Positions 9,164 to 18,213 of a stretch of DNA of 46,536 nucleotides are shown here, piece after piece. The notes beneath the pieces were generated by a model. The model was given only the letters and a program-made list of their open reading frames with translations. It did not search any database and was not told the DNA's origin. The position numbers and the translations under genes are program-made. This stretch comes from Bradymonadales bacterium (GTDB lineage Bacteria > Myxococcota_A > UBA9042 > PWKZ01), in NCBI GenBank assembly GCA_003559575.1, contig PWKZ01000228.1, positions 1 to 46,536 of the forward strand, given 5' to 3'. Every line of letters starts with the position of its first letter. Positions within the stretch are counted from its first letter, which is position 1.

Positions 9164-12100
9164 AGTACGCCTCTAATTGTTTGCGCAAAGACGCCGGCGC
9201 GTCCTCTTTCATGGCTTCCAAGACTTGCTCCCGAAACTCGGCCGGCACCTGGTAATCGGCGGCGCGCGGGATCGCGACCCGCCGACGCTCATCCTGGTCG
9301 CGGCCCACCCCGGCGCGCTCTTCGTCCGGCCTGACCGTTCGATCGAGCCGGCGGCCGGCCTCGGCGAGCTTCTCCAGCGCTGAGCGCTGGTGCTCCTCGG
9401 CCATCCCGGGGTTCAGGCGACCGAGCTCCTCCTCGGCTTCGCTCATCGACCTCTCCGCCGCTTCCATCGACCGGTCGAGCTGGCCGTGGAGCCCCGGGTG
9501 ATCCTCTCCGAGAGGAGTCATGCCGCGCCGAAGCCGCTCGAGACGCTGGCGCAAGGCGCGCTGTCGGTGTCCCAGCCTGCTTGTCTGGTTGCGCTCGCGT
9601 CGGCTCATGATCTCGCCTGGCTCGGGCAGCAGCGCGCTGAGATCGCGCTTGAGGTCTTCGGTCAGTGGGTGCGCGCGCTCGAGCGCCATCGCCGACCGTC
9701 TGAGCTGCCGATCAGGGTCGCCTCTCGGGCAGAGCAGCGCGCTCTGGCGAACCTCGTCCTTGAGAGCCTCGACTCCGCGCTCCAGCCTCTCGGCCAACTT
9801 GACCGCCAGCCCCAGATCGCCTTCTTCGAGTGATCGCCTGATGTCATCGACCTTGCCGAGGGCGTGCTCGAGTTGAGTCCGGTCGGTCTCGTGAAGCACG
9901 CGCCGCTCGACTTGTCGCAATCGCTGTTCAATCCGCGCCAGCCGGCCCGCTTCTCGGCGCGGTAGCCGCTCGATCCGCTCGCTCAATCTCTCGCGCACTC
10001 GTCGGCTATAGCTCTGTTCGCGCTTGGCGGTCTCCTCGTGAATGGTCTCCTGGCGCTTTGCAACTGCGTCGAGGTGGCGGCGGGCGCGCCGGAGCTGTCG
10101 CGAGGTACGCGCCATTCGCCTCGAGTCCCGGCCGGTGGATTCATTCTCGAGAGTGGCGACCATCTCCCGGGACGTCGTCGCGAGCGCCTCGATCCGCTCG
10201 CGAGCTTCGGAGAGGCGCCCAAGGGCGACCAGGCCGCGGATGGTGTCTAGCTCCTCGCGCATGGACTCGAGCGAGAGCATGGCGGTTTGCCGTGTCACTG
10301 CCGGGACATTGATTCGGTCGAGGGGCAAGTTCTTGGAACGCTTCAGGATATCGTGCGCCACCTCCTGAAGGGAGCGCTGCATGCGCTCGATCTCGCGGGC
10401 CATCTCTTCAAGCCCCGCCTCACTATCTTGCTGCTGGAGCGTATCCAACAGCGCGAGGAGCTGGTCCGACTGCTCGATGAGCGAGCGCCCTCGGTCGAGC
10501 GCTCGCTCCTGGCGGCGCCGGTCGAGCGCGCGATCGAAGGTGAGGACGGCGTGCTCGGTGGTCTCGATTGCACGCGCGTTGTGGCGACCGAGGGCCTTCA
10601 AGTGACTCGAATCGTACCGCGCCGGCGGATCGCGCCCCAGGATCCCGCTCAACTCGCCGGTCTCTTGCTCGAGGAGCGTCAGCATCTGGGAGTGCATCTC
10701 GGCAAAATCGCGCAACATCTCTTCAGGGGTCAGAGGGCACTTCTCCATCCGCCCGAGGAGTCCTTCCAGCTTGGCTAGCTCGCGGCGGGTGTGGGTCACC
10801 GTGTTGGTTGTGACTTCGAGGATTTGCTCGGCGGTGGTCGGATCGGGCGGTTTGCCCAACGGCACCTCGAGGCGATCTGCGAGCAGCATCAAAAAGCGCT
10901 CGAACATCTCTTGGGCGTCGCGCAAGATCGCCTCATGAGTTTGGGAGGGCGAGTAGATGCTGATGGTGCGTCGCTCCGAGCGGCTCGTCTTCGGGCCCGA
11001 GACGGTGTCGTTGTCGCTGGCCTCGATCCATAGAGTCAGGGATTCGCCGGGCGCGAGGCCCAAGGGGGCCAGCTCGAGAGTGCCGCTGCCGCGTCCGTCG
11101 GGGCCGAGGTCCGCGATCGGTAGGCCGCGGCGTACCGGCGGGGCGTTGCCATGGGTGCGCTCGTAGGCCAAGGCGAGTTCGCTCAATCCAAAGTCGTCGC
11201 GCGCTTCGAACAGCAGTTCAATGTCTTGGTCGTGGTCAACCTCGAGGTCTTCGCGTGGCATCAGCAGCCGCACTTCAGGTGGGTGATCCCGCAGAACGTC
11301 GATATGGCGGTGGGTCGACTCTTTGAGAACCCTCCCGTCCTTGTCGCGCAATCGGAAGCGGTAGCTGTCGTTTCGGGTGATTGTGAAAGCGCCGTAGATT
11401 GCCCCGCCACCGTCGATCTCGAGCGACAGCGGCTCACCGGGGTGCGACTCGAAGATGAGCGCCGCGTCTTGCGCTTCAATGACGGCCCGGGTGCTGATCT
11501 CGACCCGGGTGCCGTTGAGCGCTCTCAAGTCCCCGGTGGCGTTGGGCTCGACTCGGTTCTCGTGGGCGGCGTATTCGGGGTGGCGGTAGATTACGGTGAG
11601 GCCCTCGACGAGTACCGGTTTGACTCTCGGCTGGAGGGTCGCCACCGCCTGCTTCGGAGCGCCGCCGGCCCACAGCAGCCGAGCGTTTGCGGCCAGCAGG
11701 TCGCCGTACAGCAAGTGCGCCGTGAGACCTCCGAGCACCAGCACAATCAGCGCCCAGAGGGGTCCTCGCAAGCGGTCGGTGGGCACGAGCGCGGAGGGTG
11801 TCACGGTCGCCAGACGTTCGTCGGCGCGGACCAGGACGCGGTTGTAGAGATCGAGAGAGAAGGATGCCTCGGCGTCGCTCTCGTTGTTTGAGGCGGCGCG
11901 GGCGCGGTCGGCGAACTCCAGCGCGGTGGTGAGTCCGTCGCGTAGCTCCGGCAGTTGATATTCGATGTATTGAGCCGTGTTGAAGAGATCGCGGCCAATG
12001 CGCCGCCGGACGACAAATGTCTGCCCGAGGGTCAAGAGCAAAACGCCCGCGCTCGCGACGGCGACAAACCCCCTTAACGCACCAAGCATGTCGTCGCCAA

Positions 12101-12248
12101 GCAGCCACGGCAACGCCAGCGCCGGCGCCGCCACCACGCCGAGGCCGAAGGCGGACGTCAAGAGCCCCCAGAGCGCGTTTTGGGCTTTGAGTCGCCGCCG
12201 CACGCGACGGACTCTGGCCTCTAGTCGCGTCAGAGTCTCAAGCACCAC
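9144..12248 (-). CDS. DUF4175-like membrane-anchored Ig-like/coiled-coil protein
   Basis: N-terminal TM helices, DxPPEV...ARDDFGL...ASDNDTVSGPK, long coiled coil, C-terminal FREQVLEAMK...YYEAIVR. Confidence 0.8.
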   Translation of the reverse strand: MVLETLTRLEARVRRVRRRLKAQNALWGLLTSAFGLGVVAAPALALPWLLGDDMLGALRGFVAVASAGVLLLTLGQTFVVRRRIGRDLFNTAQYIEYQLPELRDGLTTALEFADRARAASNNESDAEASFSLDLYNRVLVRADERLATVTPSALVPTDRLRGPLWALIVLVLGGLTAHLLYGDLLAANARLLWAGGAPKQAVATLQPRVKPVLVEGLTVIYRHPEYAAHENRVEPNATGDLRALNGTRVEISTRAVIEAQDAALIFESHPGEPLSLEIDGGGAIYGAFTITRNDSYRFRLRDKDGRVLKESTHRHIDVLRDHPPEVRLLMPREDLEVDHDQDIELLFEARDDFGLSELALAYERTHGNAPPVRRGLPIADLGPDGRGSGTLELAPLGLAPGESLTLWIEASDNDTVSGPKTSRSERRTISIYSPSQTHEAILRDAQEMFERFLMLLADRLEVPLGKPPDPTTAEQILEVTTNTVTHTRRELAKLEGLLGRMEKCPLTPEEMLRDFAEMHSQMLTLLEQETGELSGILGRDPPARYDSSHLKALGRHNARAIETTEHAVLTFDRALDRRRQERALDRGRSLIEQSDQLLALLDTLQQQDSEAGLEEMAREIERMQRSLQEVAHDILKRSKNLPLDRINVPAVTRQTAMLSLESMREELDTIRGLVALGRLSEARERIEALATTSREMVATLENESTGRDSRRMARTSRQLRRARRHLDAVAKRQETIHEETAKREQSYSRRVRERLSERIERLPRREAGRLARIEQRLRQVERRVLHETDRTQLEHALGKVDDIRRSLEEGDLGLAVKLAERLERGVEALKDEVRQSALLCPRGDPDRQLRRSAMALERAHPLTEDLKRDLSALLPEPGEIMSRRERNQTSRLGHRQRALRQRLERLRRGMTPLGEDHPGLHGQLDRSMEAAERSMSEAEEELGRLNPGMAEEHQRSALEKLAEAGRRLDRTVRPDEERAGVGRDQDERRRVAIPRAADYQVPAEFREQVLEAMKEDAPASLRKQLEAYYEAIVR

Positions 12249-12271
12249 TCCTCCCTCATGACAATCCGCGG

Positions 12272-12309
12272 CCTCCCCCTCAATCCACGGACGCGATGGA
12301 GGATTGAGG
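12272..12309 (-). repeat. Solo hairpin module (reverse orientation, degenerate)
   Basis: cctccccctcaatccacggacgcgatggaggattgagg resembles 35387-35427. Confidence 0.75.
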
Positions 12310-12384
12310 TCTGGCCCCGGCGTTGACGCCGCGTCCTATCTATCATGCCTGACTGGGGTCGCTCACGACAACGATTATCCCCCC

Positions 12385-12549
12385 CAATTACCGTTTCAAA
12401 CCGAGCACCGAGCGCGTCGAAACGGGGAGAGCTACAAGGAAGCGGGCCGCCTTGGGTGGGAGGGAAACGCAGAACTATCTCGAGCACCAAATCGGTGCAG
12501 CTGATGCCGCAGATGTGCGCGACTCCCAGGGTGGAGCGACGGTCATAGG
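12385..12549 (-). repeat. Highly degenerate copy of the ~180-bp element
   Basis: caaggaa, tcgagcaccaaatcggtgcagctgatgccgcagatgtgcgcgactcccagggtggagcgacg is colinear with 45376-45555. Confidence 0.7.
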
Positions 12550-12638
12550 TCATGAGTCCTGGTTGCATGGACGAGACTGCAACAGGTACTCTGCCGCTTG
12601 CGCGTTGTGATCGAATCGGCGCGACTGATGGAGGGTCG

Positions 12639-13199
12639 ATGCGTTCGCTTTGGAGTCTTGCAATCGTTCTGGTTTTGCTCGTCGTTTTTGGGAGCGGGGA
12701 TCTCAAGGCGCGCCAGGTCACTCCCGAAGAGGTTCGGCAGGTGCTCGAACTCTTGCGGACTCGCTCCGAGTCTCCGAGTCTCGAGGACTGGTTACGGATA
12801 GGGCCGAGCGCAAACCGGATCCTGGTCGATGTGGCCAACGACGGGAGATTGGAACGAGTGATCCGCCTGCGGGCGCTGGCCAGCCTCGCGTGGTTTCCGT
12901 CGCGGCGCAGTGAGGCCGTGTTGGTCGGTCGGCTCCATGATCGACGCTATGATGCTCACGAGAAAGCCGTGGCGATGTTGGCGTTGGCCCGCGCGTTCGG
13001 CGCGCGCATGACCAATGAGTTCAGGGATTTCTTGGGGGACTCCGACGATGTGGCGCGCAGCGGCGCTATCCGGGCGCTGGGGTTGACCGGCGATAGACGC
13101 GCGTTGGAGTTGCTCCGAAGTCATCTGGCGCGCGAGGAAGTGAAACGGTTGCGCCTCGAGACCGAGGCCGCGATTGAGCGCTTGGAGGGCGGCCAGTGA
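12639..13199 (+). CDS. Exported HEAT-repeat protein
   Basis: GGAGGG RBS then MRSLWSLAIVLVLLVVFG signal; repeats IRLRALASLA, ARSGAIRALGLTGD. Confidence 0.75.
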   Translation: MRSLWSLAIVLVLLVVFGSGDLKARQVTPEEVRQVLELLRTRSESPSLEDWLRIGPSANRILVDVANDGRLERVIRLRALASLAWFPSRRSEAVLVGRLHDRRYDAHEKAVAMLALARAFGARMTNEFRDFLGDSDDVARSGAIRALGLTGDRRALELLRSHLAREEVKRLRLETEAAIERLEGGQ

Positions 13200-13247
13200 T
13201 GCACGACGCTCCACTCCCCGGCGCCGGCGATTTGACGTTCGTCACCC

Positions 13248-13278
13248 TTGCCAATTGCAAACCGGGTAACATATTACC
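13248..13278 (+). promoter_or_regulatory. Candidate lon promoter overlapped by two inverted repeats
   Basis: TTGCCA-N16-CATATT; palindromes TTGC-CAATT-GCAA (13248-13260) and GGTAA-CATA-TTACC (13265-13278). Confidence 0.35.
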
Positions 13279-13338
13279 TTGGGCGCCCGGAGTTTTTTAA
13301 AAGGGCGCAAGCGAGAACGAGTCACACGAGGAGGTTTC

Positions 13339-15675
13339 GTGACGGTGGAGCAAGATAAAGCGAAAGGTGGCAAGCAGCGGACGATCCCCATTTTGCCGCT
13401 TCGCGACACAGTGCTTTTTCCCGGCGCGGTGTTGCCGCTCACGATCGGGAGAGCCGCTTCGCTCAAGCTGATGGAAGACTACGCCGAGTCCGATGAGCTC
13501 ATCGGTATGGTCAGCCAGAGGGATAAGGACGTCGAAGATCCCGGCGAGGACGATCTCTACCGTGTCGGTACCATGGCGCGGGTGTTGCAAACTCTGCGTA
13601 AAGGCACCAAAGGGATTTATGTGGTCGTCCAGGGGGTGTCGCGGTTCAACCTCCTCGAGATCAAATCTTCGGATCCCTATCTGAAGGGAGTGGTCGAGAC
13701 CGTCTCGGAGCAGGAGCCCGAGGAGGGGGAAGTGCAGGCGATGATGGTCACCCTGCGCAAGCAGGCGACCCAACTCATCGCGGCGATCCCCGAGCTGCCC
13801 AACAGCGCGACCGAGATGATCGAGCAGATCGACTCTCCGGTGCAGCTCGTGTACGTCATCATGGCCTACCTGCCGGTGTCGGTGGAGCAGAAGGTCGAGG
13901 TCCTGGGGTTCTCCTCCGTCAAGGAGGCCATCGAGCGGACCCACGAGCTGTTGCAGCATCAGCTCGAGGTGGTGCAGATCACTCAGAAGATCAAGTCCGA
14001 CGTCAAGGGCAAGATGGATCGCAGCCAGAAAGAGTATGTGCTGCGCCAACAGTTGAAGGCGATCCAGGAGGAGCTTGGCGAGGTCGAGCCGGAAGGCGAG
14101 GTGTTGGAAGAGCTGCGCGAGAAGCTCGACAAGGCCGGTCTGCCCGAAGAGGTCGAGAAGGTCGCCGAGAAGGAGCTACGTCGTCTGAGGGCCATTCAGC
14201 CGGCCTCACCCGAATATACGGTGGTCCGCAACTATCTCGACTGGATCGCGGACATGCCGTGGCGGATCGAGACCGAGGACGATCTGGACATCGGCAACGC
14301 GCGGGAGGTACTCGATCGCGATCACTATGACCTCGACAAGGTCAAGAAAAGGATCCTTGAGTACCTGGCAGTCAAGCAGCTCAAACCCGATATGAAGGGC
14401 CCGATCCTCTGTCTCGTGGGTCCGCCGGGCGTCGGTAAGACCAGCCTCGGACAGAGCATCGCCTCGGCGCTGGGGCGCAAGTTCACCCGCATGTCTCTAG
14501 GGGGAGTGCGCGACGAAGCCGAGATCCGCGGCCACCGACGGACCTACATCGGTGCGCTGCCGGGGCGCATCCTCCAGTCGATCAAACGCGCCGAGAGCCG
14601 CAACCCGGTCTTCATGTTGGACGAGGTCGACAAGCTTGGTCGCGACTGGCGCGGCGATCCCACCTCGGCGCTCCTCGAGGTGCTCGATCCCGAACAGAAC
14701 TTCGGGTTCATGGATCATTACCTCGATGTTCCGTTCGATCTGTCGAAGGTGTTGTTCATCGCCACCGCCAACGTCACCGACACGATCCCCCCGCCTCTCT
14801 TGGATCGCATGGAGGTCCTCGAGCTGCCGGGCTACACCCAAGACGAGAAGCTCAATATCGCCAAGCGGCATCTCTTGCCCAAGCAGGTGGGCGAAAACGG
14901 GTTGAAGCCCGCGCAGGTGACGATGAGCGATGAGATAATCAACCACATCATTGAGCGCTACACGCGGGAAGCGGGTGTGCGCAACCTCGAGCGGCGGCTC
15001 GCCGACTGCTGCCGCGCCATTGCCGTCGGCGTGGTGGAGAAACGCTGGGAGAGCCATGAGCTGACCATCAACGATCTCAACGCTTTCCTGGGCCCCGAGC
15101 AGTTCGAGTCGGAGATGGCCCATCGCACCGAGCAGCCGGGGATCGCGGTGGGGCTCGCCAAGACCGCCGCCGGGGGCGAGATTCTGTTCATCGAGGCCAC
15201 CAAGATGGCCGGCAGCGGTAAGCTGAAGCTCACGGGCCAGCTTGGCGACGTCATGAAGGAGAGCGCCGAGCTGGCGCTGTCGTACATTCGCGCGCAGGCC
15301 GCCGAACTCGAAATCGACGGCGACACGTTCGAGAAGACCGACATCCACGTCCATGTGCCGGCCGGCGCGGTGCCCAAGGACGGACCGTCGGCGGGGGTCA
15401 CGTTGCTCACCGCCCTGGTGAGCTTGTTGGGCGACACCTGTGTCTACGACGACATCGCGATGACCGGTGAGATCACGCTGCGCGGCCAGATCCTGCCGGT
15501 CGGTGGGATCAAGGACAAGGCGCTGGCGGCGCTGCGCGGCGGGGTCAACAAGGTGATTCTGCCCGAGCGCAACCGCAAGGATGTGCCCGAGATCCCGGAA
15601 GAGATCCGCGACCAACTGGAGTTCATCTACTGCAAGGAGATGTCCGAGGTGCTGGCGGTCGCGCTGCGCCACTGA
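13339..15675 (+). CDS. lon: ATP-dependent Lon protease (endopeptidase La)
   Basis: GAGGAGG RBS before GTG; LPLRD-VLFPG; GPPGVGKTS; GHRRTYIG; PKDGPSAG; PVGGIKDK. Confidence 0.97.
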   Translation: MTVEQDKAKGGKQRTIPILPLRDTVLFPGAVLPLTIGRAASLKLMEDYAESDELIGMVSQRDKDVEDPGEDDLYRVGTMARVLQTLRKGTKGIYVVVQGVSRFNLLEIKSSDPYLKGVVETVSEQEPEEGEVQAMMVTLRKQATQLIAAIPELPNSATEMIEQIDSPVQLVYVIMAYLPVSVEQKVEVLGFSSVKEAIERTHELLQHQLEVVQITQKIKSDVKGKMDRSQKEYVLRQQLKAIQEELGEVEPEGEVLEELREKLDKAGLPEEVEKVAEKELRRLRAIQPASPEYTVVRNYLDWIADMPWRIETEDDLDIGNAREVLDRDHYDLDKVKKRILEYLAVKQLKPDMKGPILCLVGPPGVGKTSLGQSIASALGRKFTRMSLGGVRDEAEIRGHRRTYIGALPGRILQSIKRAESRNPVFMLDEVDKLGRDWRGDPTSALLEVLDPEQNFGFMDHYLDVPFDLSKVLFIATANVTDTIPPPLLDRMEVLELPGYTQDEKLNIAKRHLLPKQVGENGLKPAQVTMSDEIINHIIERYTREAGVRNLERRLADCCRAIAVGVVEKRWESHELTINDLNAFLGPEQFESEMAHRTEQPGIAVGLAKTAAGGEILFIEATKMAGSGKLKLTGQLGDVMKESAELALSYIRAQAAELEIDGDTFEKTDIHVHVPAGAVPKDGPSAGVTLLTALVSLLGDTCVYDDIAMTGEITLRGQILPVGGIKDKALAALRGGVNKVILPERNRKDVPEIPEEIRDQLEFIYCKEMSEVLAVALRH

Positions 15676-15683
15676 CCCTCGCC

Positions 15684-15724
15684 CCTCACTCCTCCACCGC
15701 GTCCGTGGATCGAGGGGAGTGAGG
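15684..15724 (+). repeat. Solo 41-bp hairpin module directly downstream of lon
   Basis: CCTCACTCCTCCACCGCGTCCGTGGATCGAGGGGAGTGAGG, with complementary ends; near-identical to 46417-46457. Confidence 0.85.
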
Positions 15725-15773
15725 CGCCGTTGTCCAGATGCCAGGACGAACCGCGGTGTGCTAGGCTCGGGCC

Positions 15774-18209
15774 ATGAAGGAGGATTGCGCACAGCTCACC
15801 GGAGAGCGGTTCGTGGAGGTGGCGGTGATGTTGCCCGTTCCGGGTAGCTTCACCTACCGGGTGCCGTCCGAACTCTCCCCGCCGCCCGTGGGCGCGCGAG
15901 TGTTGGTTCCGTTTGGGGGGCGCCGCGCGGTGGCTTATGTCCTGGCCGAAGAGGCGCGTCCCGGCATCGACGAGCCTCGCGAACTCTTCGATATTCTCGA
16001 CGACAAGCCTGCTTTCGACGAGATGCTGCTGGCGTTGCTGCGCTGGACTGCGCGCTATTACCACGCTCCTCTGAGCGAGGTGATTCGCACCGCGCTGCCG
16101 CAGGCGCTCGGCAAGCGTGAGGCGCCGCGCGTCGTGCTGACTCCGCTCGGGCGCTCGGCGGCGGCGATGCCCGGCGCCGAGCCGCTCCTCGCCTTGTTGG
16201 CCAAGAGCGCGCGCGAGAATTTGTCCGAGCGGTGGCTGCTGCGCGAGTGCGGCGCCCCCATGGCGCGGATTCTGGCCGCCGAGCGTGCCGGGTATCTCAA
16301 GAGACTCCGCGAGCCGAAGGGGGGGTGTGGCCGCCCGCTCACCGAGCGGGTCGCCGTCTTCGTGATGCGGCCTCCGCTCAACGCGAACGCCGTGCGTTCG
16401 CGCGAGGTGCTGGCGCGGGTGGCCCAGGCCGGCGAGATCCGGGTCTCGGCGCTGCGCGCCGAGCTTGGCGAGGTCTCGGCGGTTTTGCGCACATTGGAAG
16501 CTCGGGGCGCGCTCAGGCTCGAAGAACGGCGCGTGTTTCGTACTCCCCATGGCGCTTTCGTCGACATGGGGGAGCCGGGATTGTCCGATCCGCCGGTCCT
16601 CATGCCCGAGCAGCGGACGGCGCTCGAGGAGATCTGGCATGGCCACGAGAAGGGCTATCAGGCGGTGCTGCTTCATGGGGTCACCAGCAGCGGCAAGACC
16701 GAGGTCTATCTGCGGCTCATCACGCGCTTCTTGCGCAAGGGGCGCGGCGCGATCGTCTTGGTGCCGGAGATAGCGTTGACCCCACAGCTTGTTGGTCGCT
16801 TTCGTGCGCGGTTCGGCGATCAGGTGGCGCTCTTGCACAGCGGGTTGACGAGCGGCGAGCGACTCGACCAGTGGGAGCAGGTGAGGGCGGGCCGGTTTCC
16901 GGTGGTCATCGGCGCGCGTTCGGCGCTGTTCGCGCCGCTCCCGAAGCTCGGGTTGTTGGTCGTCGACGAGGAGCACGAGACGACTTACAAACAAGAGGAC
17001 AAGCTGCGCTACAACGCGCGCGACCTGGCCCTCGTGCGCGGCCGGTTGAGCGGCGCGACCGTGGTGCTGGGCTCGGCGACTCCCTCGCTCGAGAGTGCCT
17101 ACAACGTGCGCCGCGGCAAGCTGCGGCTTTGCACCATGCGTTCACGTATCAACGAGCGGCCGATGCCCGAGGTGACTCTGGTCGATCTGCGGCGCGCGCA
17201 GTTCGTCGATGAGGAGCGTGCGCTGAGCGAGCCGCTCGTGGTCGCCCTGCGGGAGACCTTCGAGGCCGGGCAGCAGAGTCTCGTGTTCTTGAACCGGCGC
17301 GGGTATGCCAACTTTCTCCTGTGCCGTACTTGCGGGTTCATCCACGAGTGTCCCCATTGCAGCATCAGCTTTACGTTTCACCAAAAAGAGCAACGGCTCT
17401 TGTGCCACTACTGCGACGAGCGGCGCGCGGTGCCGACAAGCTGCCCCAAGTGCCACGGGACTCTGCTGCAAAACATCGGCACCGGCACCGAGAAGGTAGA
17501 AGCGCGCCTGGCCGATCTGGTGCCGGGCGCTCGAGTCGCGCGCATGGATCGCGACACCACCCGCGGCGAGGAGCTTGGGAAACTACTGCGCGCGGTGCGC
17601 GCCCACGAGGTCGACATCTTGGTGGGCACCCAGATGGTGACCAAGGGCCACGATTTCCCGAACGTCACTCTGGTGGGGGTGTTGCTCGCCGATCAGGGGC
17701 TCAAGTTCCCCGACTTCCGCTCCTCCGAGCGGACATTTCAACTGTTGACCCAGGTGGCCGGGCGCGCGGGGCGCGGTGAGATCCCCGGGCGGGTGCTGGT
17801 CCAGACTTACGATCCGCGGCACTACAGCCTGCGCCACGCGCGCGACCAGGACTTTGACGGGTTTGCCGAGACCGAGCTGCGCCACCGCCGTGAGCGCGCC
17901 TATCCGCCATTCAGGCATCTGGCGCTCGTGCGGGTGACCGCGGTGGGGCCCGCGCTGGCCACCGCCGAGGCGGAGCTGGTGGCGCGAGTGGTGCTCGAGG
18001 GGGCGCGCGCGCGGCACCTCGAGGTGTTGGGGCCGACTCCGGCCCCCATCGAGCGCCTCAAGGGGCGCACCCGCTGGCACGTTCTGCTGCGCGGCGCCTC
18101 GCGGAGGGGTCTGCATGCGGCGCTGAGCGATCTCGAGCCTCACCTCCGCACCCGCCGGGCCGATGGCCTGCAGATTGTCATCGACGTCGATCCGGTCAAT
18201 TTCTTGTGA
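15774..18209 (+). CDS. priA: Primosomal protein N' (replication restart helicase)
   Basis: GARVLVPFG, LLHGVTSSGKTEVY, VDEEHE, SATPSLES, four CxxC, GTQMVTKGHDF, QVAGRAGR, IDVDP. Confidence 0.97.
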   Translation: MKEDCAQLTGERFVEVAVMLPVPGSFTYRVPSELSPPPVGARVLVPFGGRRAVAYVLAEEARPGIDEPRELFDILDDKPAFDEMLLALLRWTARYYHAPLSEVIRTALPQALGKREAPRVVLTPLGRSAAAMPGAEPLLALLAKSARENLSERWLLRECGAPMARILAAERAGYLKRLREPKGGCGRPLTERVAVFVMRPPLNANAVRSREVLARVAQAGEIRVSALRAELGEVSAVLRTLEARGALRLEERRVFRTPHGAFVDMGEPGLSDPPVLMPEQRTALEEIWHGHEKGYQAVLLHGVTSSGKTEVYLRLITRFLRKGRGAIVLVPEIALTPQLVGRFRARFGDQVALLHSGLTSGERLDQWEQVRAGRFPVVIGARSALFAPLPKLGLLVVDEEHETTYKQEDKLRYNARDLALVRGRLSGATVVLGSATPSLESAYNVRRGKLRLCTMRSRINERPMPEVTLVDLRRAQFVDEERALSEPLVVALRETFEAGQQSLVFLNRRGYANFLLCRTCGFIHECPHCSISFTFHQKEQRLLCHYCDERRAVPTSCPKCHGTLLQNIGTGTEKVEARLADLVPGARVARMDRDTTRGEELGKLLRAVRAHEVDILVGTQMVTKGHDFPNVTLVGVLLADQGLKFPDFRSSERTFQLLTQVAGRAGRGEIPGRVLVQTYDPRHYSLRHARDQDFDGFAETELRHRRERAYPPFRHLALVRVTAVGPALATAEAELVARVVLEGARARHLEVLGPTPAPIERLKGRTRWHVLLRGASRRGLHAALSDLEPHLRTRRADGLQIVIDVDPVNFL

Positions 18210-18213
18210 TCCG

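Noticed and set aside
15684-15724. Rho-independent terminator after lon
   Set aside because: The hairpin has no U-tract and is a copy of the dispersed module; it may still stabilise the mRNA
14497-16994. Long antisense ORFs (also 4897-5883, 28614-30467, 30251-31735, 38222-39589)
   Set aside because: Shadow frames of well-supported GC-rich genes, with no recognisable motifs
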